Of a DNA stretch of 64,000 nucleotides, positions 46,046 through 54,532 are shown piece after piece. The notes below the pieces were generated by a model, which saw only the letters and a program-made list of their open reading frames with translations, did no database searches and had not been told where the DNA came from. This DNA is from a virus (Duplodnaviria > Caudoviricetes). The DNA is taken from positions 16,676-80,675 of the IMG/VR virus record IMGVR_UViG_2903468256_000002. One strand, given 5' to 3'. Every line of letters starts with the position of its first letter. The stretch's first letter is position 1. A program made the position numbers and the translations under genes.

Positions 46046-48020
46046 TTGCCTCAAGCTCAATGTAGTAATCGGCTTGAGGGTATTTGTGACTGACCAGCAA
46101 GATCTGCGAGATGCGACTTGCGAGGTACTCTAGGGTAAGAGCAGTATTGTGTGCGCGATCGGCGTCCATTGATGCGTCGATCTCGTCGCCCAGGAAGACC
46201 GAGAACACATTGTTGGTCAGAACCTGGCCGAGGCCAAGGCGGAGCGACAGGTTTGCAACCGCCTTGCCCGATCCCGAGAGTGTATTGATCGGTTGTCCGT
46301 CAACGGTGATCTCGAAATCCTCGTCCACCTCGATCACATTGCGCTGCCCGCCGGTCATCTTGGAGATGTAGTGGCTGGCGACCTTGTTCAGCGAAGGGAT
46401 CAGGTGTTGTTTGACGAGCCGTCGCAGGATGGTCAACGCCTCACGTCCTTTCCGGTAGCCTTGCTCCTGCTCCTTCCTGGCTTTGATCTCCTTCTGGCGA
46501 TCCTGGTAGATCTTGAGGTCGCGCTTATAGGTCGCGAGGCGGTCCTCGTAGATCTTGGCCTGCTCGTAGACCTTCTCCAGGGCCGTCAGCTGGGCTGGCA
46601 CCTCGGTCAGCTCCGCCTCGCGGACCTTGTCCTTGACGAACAGGAGGTCCTGGGCCTCCCATTCGCCCATGCGAGCCTCGTAGGTGGTAAGCTCGTGCTC
46701 GTAGGCCAAGCGGTCTCGCCAGAGGGCGTTGAGCGTCTTGCTGTCAGCCGAGACCGGCTCCACGGCCTCGAGCTCTGCACGGCGTCCCTGGGCCTCCTTG
46801 GCGGCCTGGAACTGCGCCACCTGCTGGCGCGTGTGGACGGGCTGGGGCGTGTCCTTGACGCGTTCCCAATCTTCCCTGACCTTGTCGAACGCCTGCAGCT
46901 GGCGACGGGCCACATCGACGTTGACCATGTCGGGCTTGCCGGGGCGCTCCAGGCCCTCCAGGAGCTCTTCTGCAACGGCCAGCTTCTCGGCCACCGCGTT
47001 GACCCGTTCGGCCTCCATTGGCCACTCGAACGAGCATGACGGGCAAGTATGCATGCCGACAGCACGAAGATCCTCGTACTGCTTCCGCAGGTGATCCCGT
47101 TTCTCGAACTGGCGAACCAGCTCGGCGTCAGCGTCGGCCTTGGCGATCTGCTCGGCTGTCATCATCGTCGGATAGCCCCGGCGGATCTTCTCGCGCAGCT
47201 CCCAGTCGTCGATACCTTCCTCGGAGAACTCCGGAGGCGGCGCGGGCAACCGCTTGAGTTCGGCCTGGGCCTGCTCGTAGGCGCAGGCCATATCCAGCTC
47301 CTGCTCGATCTCGCCGGCAGACTGGTTGCAGGGTGCAATCGGTTCGACAGGCTTGGCCATCCGGGTCTGCTTGAGCCGGCCCCGGACCTGGTTCAGCTCG
47401 TCGTTCAGGGCACGCAGCTCGCCCAGGTCGATCTTGGAGCTCTCGATGTAGCTCTCGGGCTGCTCCGGCTTGGCGGGCTTCACCAGACCGTCTTCCATAC
47501 CGGAAACCACCGAGGCCAGACTGTTGGCCTCCTGGCCGCACCACTTGGCCAGCTCGTCGATCACGGACAGGCCGATGACGGAGTCGACGGCACGTTTTCT
47601 TTCGGCCGGGGTCATGGCGCCGAGTTTCTCGATGTCACCCTGTGTAGACGCACAAGCGGTGTCGAAGATATCGAGGCCGAAGCCCAGGACTTGAGCAACC
47701 TTGCTGTTCACCGCCTTTTGGCCGTTGGCGATCTCGGTATCCCCGCGGAACATCCGAGCAGTGGTGATCGTCCGCTTCGTCGTGTAGGTCTCGCCCTTGG
47801 CCGCAAAGGTCAAGGTAGCCTTGAGGCTCTTGTAGTCTTCAGCCTTGCCACGTAGGGCGGAGGTGCCGAAGAGGGAGTAACGGATCATCTCCAGGATGAA
47901 TGATTTGCCGCTTTCGTTTTTCCCAACGATCGCGCCGAACCCCGACTGGAAGTTTATGTCGTTGGCCAGAGTGCGGCCTGTGGATGGAAACTGCACCGAA
48001 TATTCAAGCGAATTAAGCAT
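46026..48020 (-). CDS. Rad50/SbcC-like ATPase (T4 gp46-like)
   Basis: Walker A GKNESGKS, Q-loop STQG, zinc hook CPSC, signature LSGSGK, Walker B/D-loop LGDEIDASMD. Confidence 0.9.
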   Translation of the reverse strand: MLNSLEYSVQFPSTGRTLANDINFQSGFGAIVGKNESGKSFILEMIRYSLFGTSALRGKAEDYKSLKATLTFAAKGETYTTKRTITTARMFRGDTEIANGQKAVNSKVAQVLGFGLDIFDTACASTQGDIEKLGAMTPAERKRAVDSVIGLSVIDELAKWCGQEANSLASVVSGMEDGLVKPAKPEQPESYIESSKIDLGELRALNDELNQVRGRLKQTRMAKPVEPIAPCNQSAGEIEQELDMACAYEQAQAELKRLPAPPPEFSEEGIDDWELREKIRRGYPTMMTAEQIAKADADAELVRQFEKRDHLRKQYEDLRAVGMHTCPSCSFEWPMEAERVNAVAEKLAVAEELLEGLERPGKPDMVNVDVARRQLQAFDKVREDWERVKDTPQPVHTRQQVAQFQAAKEAQGRRAELEAVEPVSADSKTLNALWRDRLAYEHELTTYEARMGEWEAQDLLFVKDKVREAELTEVPAQLTALEKVYEQAKIYEDRLATYKRDLKIYQDRQKEIKARKEQEQGYRKGREALTILRRLVKQHLIPSLNKVASHYISKMTGGQRNVIEVDEDFEITVDGQPINTLSGSGKAVANLSLRLGLGQVLTNNVFSVFLGDEIDASMDADRAHNTALTLEYLASRISQILLVSHKYPQADYYIELEANEKNIN
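46124..46134 (-). promoter_or_regulatory. Motif A site (CCTAGAGTACC)
   Basis: CTTACCCTAGAGTACC inside the 3-prime end of the Rad50-like gene, 79 nt upstream of the HTH gene. Confidence 0.45.
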
Positions 48021-48568
48021 ATCTTGCAAATTCTCCGAAGTGAGTGTTCGCCGCCTGGCAGTAGGCAGCATGAGCTTGCTCGGGAGTATCAAAAACCCCC
48101 AAGTGTATATGTTTTGACCTAGCCTTTATCCTAGCTACGTATCGGCCTTTTGGTGTCACGGTGACGCCCTTGAAGCCAGAAGTATTGTTAGCTTTGTCGT
48201 GGCGAGTTGGCTTGATTGTTGGTTCCGGTTGCATCGCGCAGATTGCTCCACCGATTGTTGGCCTTGTTGAGGTTCCAATGATCAACATCCCCAACCGGAT
48301 CCTCGCCGGTTACAAGCTTCCAGATTACCCGGTGTGCTAGGTGGTGATTGGACTTTCCGCCCCACGTTAAGGTCCCATACCGGTAGCCCTTCTTATGTGG
48401 AGCGTTGAATGCACCCTTGCCCGACCACCGGGCGTTCCAGGTGGCCCAGGCCTTCTTGTTAGGAAAATGCTCCGGTGGACGGACCTTCCACCGGAGCTCA
48501 CCAGTTGTTGGGTTGTAGTCGAGACACTCCCGAAGAAATTCTGTGGGGGGAAGAGTCTTGATCCTCAC
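48013..48568 (-). pseudogene. HNH-AP2 homing endonuclease split by a 1-nt frameshift
   Basis: HNH part (48568-48188: LAHRVIW...VDH.N.NKANNRWSNLR) stops at CAA AGC TAA; AP2 part (NNTSGFKGV...YVARI...HLGVFDTPEQAHAAY) continues in the +1 frame. Confidence 0.75.
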
Positions 48569-48792
48569 GCCGGCCAGTCCCTGCACTTGCCCTGGGCGCG
48601 CGCCTTGGCGACGGCGCTCTCTACGATGTCGGGCATGGCCTCCGCGAAGAGGTTCGCCGCGGCTTGGAATGCGAATTCTCCCACCCCACCGGCGCGCTTG
48701 AGTTCGTCGATCATTCCGACCTCGGCTGGATGAAGGCCCTCCGTGGAGAGCCACTCGTCCATGGCCTTGACGATCTGCTCTTTACTCGGCAA
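48565..48792 (-). CDS. Hypothetical protein
   Basis: 75 aa, coupled overlaps, GC3 bias. Confidence 0.65.
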   Translation of the reverse strand: MPSKEQIVKAMDEWLSTEGLHPAEVGMIDELKRAGGVGEFAFQAAANLFAEAMPDIVESAVAKARAQGKCRDWPA

Positions 48793-49753
48793 CGCGCGCC
48801 TCCTCGAACCGGGTCAGGATCTGACCGCGGACCTCGGTCGGCACGCCGGCCTCCTCGAACGCCTGGCCGAAGAGGGCCATCAGATCGAAGTCGCCCATGG
48901 TGACCTCTTCCGTCTCTTCCTCATTGGCGCCGACGCGCTGGACTGTGAGCTGCAGGCAGTCCACTTCCACATCCAGGCGCTCGCCGGGGGCGAGGAGGAC
49001 ACGGATGCACTTGTCGCGGAGGTCTTTGCCCTCCAGCTCGTCGAGCGCGAGCGTGACGTACATCTCGCCATTATCCTCGCCGTGGGCGTAGGGTTGCATC
49101 GAGCCGACCTGGACGACTTTGACGTCGTCGCGGGTGAACTCGTCCGGCAGATGGACGTGACCGGTGTAGGCGACCTCGCAACCCATCTCGGCCAACTTCT
49201 TGGTGGGGATCAGGTTGCTGTCGCCGAAGATCGTGTCCCAGTGGCCGAAGGCGATGTCGACCTTCTCGGTCACCAGCTCGGCCGCAGGTTTGGTCGGGTG
49301 GAAGGGGAAGAAACCACACATTTTCCCCCCGATCCTCAACTGGAAGGAATTCATGGAGTGCTCAACCACAAAGATGTTCTTCTGGCTTCGAACGATCAGG
49401 TGGAAGAGATCAAGCGCACCCTTCTTCTCCAGATCCCTGGAGATGTCGTGGTTGCCGGCGATCACGATATACTCGGTTCGTGGGTTGGCGCTTGCTGCGT
49501 TGAGGAACGCCAACGCGGCCTGGAACACGACGCCATAGGACACAGCCCATTTGTCGAACAAGTCGCCCATGCAGATGAAGACGTCGTACTGGCCCGAGCC
49601 GGCGAGGCGCTGCTGGAAGTCCTCCATCACCATCTTCTCGCGGAGACCACGCTTTTCAAGCGAGACCCCGCGCACAAACGCGCGGCCTAGATGGGGGTCA
49701 CCCAGGATGCCAACACTCACGGTGCCGATCTCAATCTCGGTTATGCGGTTCAT
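48782..49753 (-). CDS. Mre11/SbcD-like nuclease (T4 gp47-like)
   Basis: GDPH, GDLFD, GNHD, GHW, GHVH, GS motifs; near the Rad50-like gene. Confidence 0.85.
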   Translation of the reverse strand: MNRITEIEIGTVSVGILGDPHLGRAFVRGVSLEKRGLREKMVMEDFQQRLAGSGQYDVFICMGDLFDKWAVSYGVVFQAALAFLNAASANPRTEYIVIAGNHDISRDLEKKGALDLFHLIVRSQKNIFVVEHSMNSFQLRIGGKMCGFFPFHPTKPAAELVTEKVDIAFGHWDTIFGDSNLIPTKKLAEMGCEVAYTGHVHLPDEFTRDDVKVVQVGSMQPYAHGEDNGEMYVTLALDELEGKDLRDKCIRVLLAPGERLDVEVDCLQLTVQRVGANEEETEEVTMGDFDLMALFGQAFEEAGVPTEVRGQILTRFEEARVAE

Positions 49754-50319
49754 GCAGGTTGAGCCTCCTGTTTGGCGACGAAGATGCACTTGATCTGGTG
49801 GAGTACGTCGTGCAACGCATTGTGCAGATCACCGCTGAACGGGACATGCTTCATTTCCGGGTGGTCGGGGTTACCCAGCATGCCCGCGATGTAGCTGTTC
49901 ATGTCGCGGGCGTAGCGGTAGTGGAACGGCAGGTGCAGGTTGAACTGCCGGAAGTAGGACTGGACGAACGAGTAGTCGAAGCTCGTCGGCTTGCCCCAGA
50001 AACGGAGCGGTGCATCCGATGGCGCACGACCCTTGTTGGCCCATTCCTGGAACGCCTTCAGGACGAGGAACGGGTCCTCCATGCGGGCGCAGATCTGCCG
50101 GTAGACATTCTGGTTCTTGCCCTGCCAGAATGCGCGGGTAGACTCCTCCCAGAAGCGGCCGGGTGCGATGGACAGACAGCGGTCGAACATGTCGGAAGCG
50201 TCCACCGTCATGGTCTGGGCGTTGAAGCGCACCGCAGCGAGCTGGATCATTCCATTGTGCTCGGGGTGCGTGCCGGTCGTTTCGATGTCGACCATCACGT
50301 CGAGGTTGCGAGTTTCCAT
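49750..50319 (-). CDS. DEDDh 3-prime-5-prime exonuclease
   Basis: VDIETTG, SFDY, HNALHD. Confidence 0.85.
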   Translation of the reverse strand: METRNLDVMVDIETTGTHPEHNGMIQLAAVRFNAQTMTVDASDMFDRCLSIAPGRFWEESTRAFWQGKNQNVYRQICARMEDPFLVLKAFQEWANKGRAPSDAPLRFWGKPTSFDYSFVQSYFRQFNLHLPFHYRYARDMNSYIAGMLGNPDHPEMKHVPFSGDLHNALHDVLHQIKCIFVAKQEAQPA

Positions 50320-50717
50320 TTGTGTCCTTCGAGTTCTTTCCAGGTGAGTGAGCGTGCCGAATGGTCCCGGATCATCTGGTACGGGATGCAGAACCACTCG
50401 TCGGTGAGGATCCGGTGGATGTAGACGAGGTAGTCGCCTCCAGCCGACAGGATCATGGCGGCCATCGCAGACGGTTTCGGACGAAGCAGGGAGAAGCGGA
50501 ACGCGGTGTCGTCGAGTGTCGATTTGACCTCGGCGAAGTGAGCACCATTTCGGACGACCACATAGTCGCTGGGCGCCGGCCTTGTAGTGCCGATGTTGCC
50601 CGTGCGGCCTCTAACTTCGGCCGCGTCTGGTACTCGCCAGACCCAAGCGGATTTCCCCAGCTTGAGCCATGTGCGTTCGAATGCTTGTTCGGAAGGTTTG
50701 CCGGTGTTCTTTGCCAT
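50295..50717 (-). CDS. Holliday junction resolvase (RecU-like PD-(D/E)xK)
   Basis: EQAFE...PSDYVVV...FAEVKST. Confidence 0.7.
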   Translation of the reverse strand: MAKNTGKPSEQAFERTWLKLGKSAWVWRVPDAAEVRGRTGNIGTTRPAPSDYVVVRNGAHFAEVKSTLDDTAFRFSLLRPKPSAMAAMILSAGGDYLVYIHRILTDEWFCIPYQMIRDHSARSLTWKELEGHKWKLATST

Positions 50718-50756
50718 CAAGGGCGCATATGGGCGCCCTTGATGTGGTCGAAAATG

Positions 50757-50981
50757 TCAGATCTTGTCCGTACTATAGGACAAGCTTAGTTTTACTCGTG
50801 GATACTCTTCACTGAGCTTCCGCAGGAAGTCACCCAGCTCCGGCGACCAGTCGGTGATTACAATGCCAGCACCAATGCGGTTCAACGCCTTCACTGCGTA
50901 CTCGACCCAATGCTGGGCCTCAGCTTGGCTGTCGCTTTCGTAGCGTCGGCCGTCCTCGGTGACGACATAGAACTTGCCCAC
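50757..50981 (-). CDS. Hypothetical protein
   Basis: 74 aa, AGGAG SD before GTG. Confidence 0.55.
   Translation of the reverse strand: MGKFYVVTEDGRRYESDSQAEAQHWVEYAVKALNRIGAGIVITDWSPELGDFLRKLSEEYPRVKLSLSYSTDKI
50769..50779 (-). promoter_or_regulatory. Motif A site (CCTATAGTACG) inside a 7-bp inverted repeat
   Basis: CTTGTCC-GTACTATA-GGACAAG at 50763-50784. Confidence 0.5.
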
Positions 50982-50990
50982 GTCCTGCTC

Positions 50991-51797
50991 CTAAATCGCA
51001 ATTGGCGCCGGGATGCTAGCGTCAGCGACGTAGTTGTCCAGCCGGAAATCCTCAAATTTGAAAGAGAATATGTCCGTGACGGCCGGATTGATCCACATCG
51101 TCGGCAACGGCTTCGGCGCGCGCCGGAGCTGCTCATGAACCTGGGAGAAGTGGTTCAGGTAGATGTGTGCGTCACCCAGCGTGTGGATGAACTCTCCCGG
51201 CTGGAGCCCGGTCACCTGCGCCACCATCATGGTCAGCAGCGCGTAGGAGGCGATGTTGAACGGCACGCCGAGGAAGATGTCGCCGGAACGCTGGTAAAGC
51301 TGGCAGGAAAGCCGGCCTTCCGAGACGTAGAACTGGAACAGGCAGTGACATGGTGGCAGGGCCATGTACCCGATCTCGGCCGGGTTCCAGGTCGTGACGA
51401 TGTGCCGGCGGCCTTCTGGGTTGCGGATCAGATCGTGGATGACGTCTGTGATCTGGTCGATGGTCTGCCAGCCTCTGTGATTGTCGTACCATTCCCAGCT
51501 GCGCCACTGCTCGCCGTAGACCGGGCCGAGATTACCGTGCTTGTCGGCCCACTCGTTCCAGATCGTGACGCCGTGGTCGTTCAGGTATTTGACGTTGGTG
51601 TCGCCGGCCAGGAACCAGAGCAGTTCGTGGATGATTGACTTGAGGTGGAGCTTCTTCGTCGTCAGCAGCGGGAAGCCCTGGGCGAGATCGAAGCGCATCT
51701 GGTAGCCGAACACAGATCTAGTGCCGGTTCCAGTGCGGTCTCCGCGGTCAACGCCGTTGGTGAGGACGTGGCGGAGGATGTCGTGATATTGTTTCAT
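50991..51797 (-). CDS. thyA: Thymidylate synthase
   Basis: [36 protein letters not shown]...GVPFNIASY. Confidence 0.97.
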   Translation of the reverse strand: MKQYHDILRHVLTNGVDRGDRTGTGTRSVFGYQMRFDLAQGFPLLTTKKLHLKSIIHELLWFLAGDTNVKYLNDHGVTIWNEWADKHGNLGPVYGEQWRSWEWYDNHRGWQTIDQITDVIHDLIRNPEGRRHIVTTWNPAEIGYMALPPCHCLFQFYVSEGRLSCQLYQRSGDIFLGVPFNIASYALLTMMVAQVTGLQPGEFIHTLGDAHIYLNHFSQVHEQLRRAPKPLPTMWINPAVTDIFSFKFEDFRLDNYVADASIPAPIAI

Positions 51798-52060
51798 GCT
51801 TGTTCCTGCGGATAATCGAGAGGGCGGAAAAATGGGCGGGTCCAATCGCGCTCGGTCTGTACGGTGGTGTATCCCCGCTCGATCAGGAGCCCCTGGATAT
51901 ACCCAAGCCAACGGTTCAGCTTGCAGATCGGCAGTCCCACCTGGCACCCCACCAGAAATTCGGCGTTGAACTTCCAGAGAGCGTTGTCCTTGTCGGTGGA
52001 CAGCATCTCTCGGTATCGCTCCCCACACGCGTGGAGAGCCTGGTGATAGGGAGTTTTCAA
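51794..52060 (-). CDS. Conserved phage hypothetical protein
   Basis: [11 protein letters not shown]...ERD.TRP pattern. Confidence 0.65.
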   Translation of the reverse strand: MKTPYHQALHACGERYREMLSTDKDNALWKFNAEFLVGCQVGLPICKLNRWLGYIQGLLIERGYTTVQTERDWTRPFFRPLDYPQEQA

Positions 52061-52347
52061 ACAAGCACCTCCACCGGCTGGCTAGGGAACGTGCCGCCGT
52101 AGTCGATCAGCATCATCCTGACCGACTCCGAGGAACCGACAAGCGTCGGGTAGAAGGCCTCGCCGGTCCCCACGGCCACGAAGATCTTGCCGCCGTTGTG
52201 GTTGATCACGGCGACTTCCTCGGGGGTGAGCTGCCAGGCGCTGACGACGAAGCGCCTGTTGGTGAAGAAGTGGCCCGGGAGGATGTCGTCCCGGCCCTCT
52301 GGTGCTGCGATCGGCCGAGAGCCGACGAATGGTGCGGGGAAGCCCAT
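52057..52347 (-). CDS. Hypothetical protein
   Basis: 96 aa, coupled overlaps. Confidence 0.65.
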   Translation of the reverse strand: MGFPAPFVGSRPIAAPEGRDDILPGHFFTNRRFVVSAWQLTPEEVAVINHNGGKIFVAVGTGEAFYPTLVGSSESVRMMLIDYGGTFPSQPVEVLV

Positions 52348-52523
52348 TAGCGTTTCCTCATCATCTTGTTGAGCTCGGCCTGCATCTGCCGGCGTTGCTT
52401 GCGGTTGCCCTGGCCGCTTGTGGCGGCCTTGGAGAACTGGCGCATCTCCTCCAGCTCGAACGAGCGTCTGTTGTAGTCGCGCAAGGCCTCATATTTGGCC
52501 CGCTGTTCGGGGGTGTCTTCCAT
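52347..52523 (-). CDS. Small basic hypothetical protein (58 aa)
   Basis: Not in the ORF track; MEDTPEQRAKYEAL...GNRKQRRQMQAEL; TAATG overlaps on both sides. Confidence 0.55.
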   Translation of the reverse strand: MEDTPEQRAKYEALRDYNRRSFELEEMRQFSKAATSGQGNRKQRRQMQAELNKMMRKR

Positions 52524-53590
52524 TACAGGCGCGCTCCTTCATGAAACTTGATGGCAACCGGGAACCGCGGGATGCCGTCGCCGGTCGGGGTGAAAAACTT
52601 AATCGTCGCCTGGCGGCCGACCCACTCGGTGGCCTCCTCCAATAGCTTACGGCAGAAGTCCTGCGTGCCGGCGATGCCAGCGCCGAAGGTGCGCCCGTCC
52701 GGCAGCTCGACGGTGAGACGCTTGGCGTAGCCAGACCAGTTGCCCTGGCCCTCGCACACCTCGACGATCTTGAACTCGGCGTCCTGGAACTCCTTGCGTT
52801 TCAGGAGGTGGGCCGAGCGCTTGCCGATCTCGTAGATGGCATCGAGCCGCCCCATCTGGCCTTCCCAGCCGCCCTCCAGGAACTCCTCGTAGTCCTTGTC
52901 GAACATGGCCTGGTTGAAGGCGATGCGGGTCTCGACCGGAAAGACGTGCGTGTACCCCTGCAGCATTGCGTTGTAGACCGGGGCGCGCTGGAAGAACGTG
53001 CCTTCGAACGACGGGATGTCGTAGACGTGGTACTGGACCACGCCGGCGGTCGCCGGGTTCGGTTCCTGCTTGCGGACCAGCGAGACGATCTGCTCGAAGT
53101 CGGCCTTCAGATCGTGGTTGTAGAGCTCACCGTCGAGCACCAGGTCAGGGTCGGCGACGAAGAGCGGCGCCAACTCGGCCTCAATGTGCGGGACGGAGAC
53201 GATCGGTTTGCCTTGGCGGCTGAACAGGCCCTCGGCGCGGGCGATGCACCGGATGCCGTCGAGCTTCGGCTGACTGGCGATCGGGAACTGGACCTTGCCC
53301 TTGTAGCTCTTGGCGAGCATCGGCTCGAAGAAGTTCGGCGTGGCGCACGCCTCGGGCGTCCGGTGATATTGGCGCTCGAGCTTCTTGCGCTCCTCGGCGT
53401 CGGCCTCGAACCGGGCCTGGGCCTCGTTGGTCTCCTGGCTCTTGGCAAAGCAGACCGTCCAGTCGGTGGGCGTCTGAGCGCCGTCGACCAGGCCGGAGAT
53501 CGAGCGCCACCGGTTGCTGTCGACCTCGTATCGCCAGCTGCGGAGACGGCCCTGGGTGTCGAGCTTGTAGATGGGATTGGATGAAATCAC
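52523..53590 (-). CDS. ATP-dependent DNA ligase
   Basis: Motif I PKLDG, LDGEL, EGQM, LLKRK, C-terminal GIPRFP; start reassigned to GTG (VISSNP). Confidence 0.92.
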   Translation of the reverse strand: MISSNPIYKLDTQGRLRSWRYEVDSNRWRSISGLVDGAQTPTDWTVCFAKSQETNEAQARFEADAEERKKLERQYHRTPEACATPNFFEPMLAKSYKGKVQFPIASQPKLDGIRCIARAEGLFSRQGKPIVSVPHIEAELAPLFVADPDLVLDGELYNHDLKADFEQIVSLVRKQEPNPATAGVVQYHVYDIPSFEGTFFQRAPVYNAMLQGYTHVFPVETRIAFNQAMFDKDYEEFLEGGWEGQMGRLDAIYEIGKRSAHLLKRKEFQDAEFKIVEVCEGQGNWSGYAKRLTVELPDGRTFGAGIAGTQDFCRKLLEEATEWVGRQATIKFFTPTGDGIPRFPVAIKFHEGARL

Positions 53591-53886
53591 TGGATGGCGG
53601 CCTTTCTGGTGGGGTATTTGTCGTTGAGGGTTTCGGAGACGCGGCCGATCGACACGTTGTGGTGGGTGGCGATCTCGTGGAACGTGGCGTCGGGGTTCTC
53701 GTGGGCGTAGCGCTTGATGCGCCGGCGCATGCCCTCGGTGAGGCTGGTCGACTTGCTGCGAGCCTTCCGGATGGGCGGCGCCCGGAACATTTCCTGCTCC
53801 ACGATATCGATGATCTCGACGCCGAGTTCGGTGGGTGCGCGATCGGCAATCGCCAGGAGCTTCGCCCTGGCGGTGATGATGCTCAT
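53587..53886 (-). CDS. HTH DNA-binding protein
   Basis: NPDATFHEIATHHNVSIGRVSETL. Confidence 0.7.
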   Translation of the reverse strand: MSIITARAKLLAIADRAPTELGVEIIDIVEQEMFRAPPIRKARSKSTSLTEGMRRRIKRYAHENPDATFHEIATHHNVSIGRVSETLNDKYPTRKAAIQ

Positions 53887-54065
53887 CTGTAAGCCTCCTC
53901 AGTGGGCTGGATGGAAAAGCGCCAGTTCGAGCCCTCGGCTCGATTGGCTTTGATCTCCTCTTCCATTCGGGAGAGGAGGGTTTGGACGTCGGCATCGGGA
54001 TCGATGTCCTCGATCTCGTAGTCTTGGTCGTCACGGATATGACGAGCGATCAGCCGCAGCTTCAT
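53883..54065 (-). CDS. Small hypothetical protein
   Basis: 60 aa, coupled overlaps. Confidence 0.55.
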   Translation of the reverse strand: MKLRLIARHIRDDQDYEIEDIDPDADVQTLLSRMEEEIKANRAEGSNWRFSIQPTEEAYR

Positions 54066-54532
54066 GCGAGTATCTTCTCCAGTTTCGTTCTTGCTCGATG
54101 AACCTGGCTCTTGATCGTGCCGGTGGGCACACCAAGGATCTCTCCGGCCTCGTCGTATTCGTGGCCCAACATTCCCACCAGGTAGAGGGATTGCTGCATC
54201 TTGTGCGGGAGGGAGCGAAATGCGGAGCAGAAGTCCCTGAACTCCTCCCGGTGTTCTTGTGGCGCCTCGATCGCCATCGCGTTGGCATGGAAGTCACCCG
54301 GGTCGTCGATAATCCGGCCTTCACGGCGCGCTCCCGAGAAGAAGTGGTTCCGCAGAATGGTGAAGGTCCAAGCCCCAAGGCTTGTACCGGGCTGGAACTT
54401 GTCCTTGTTGGTGAGAGCCCTCACCATGGTGTCCTGCACAAGATCCTCGGCCCCTTCGATGGTCCGGGCGAGCTTCATTGCCTGCCGGAAGAGGTGGGGC
54501 CGTAGCCCCACCAGTTCCTCCTCAAATGTCAT
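54062..54532 (-). CDS. ECF sigma factor, EcfG (ECF15)-like
   Basis: AEDLVQDTMVRA, FQPGTSLGAWTFTILRN, YDEAGEILGVPTGTIKSQVHRAR; 156 aa from ATG 54532. Confidence 0.88.
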   Translation of the reverse strand: MTFEEELVGLRPHLFRQAMKLARTIEGAEDLVQDTMVRALTNKDKFQPGTSLGAWTFTILRNHFFSGARREGRIIDDPGDFHANAMAIEAPQEHREEFRDFCSAFRSLPHKMQQSLYLVGMLGHEYDEAGEILGVPTGTIKSQVHRARTKLEKILA

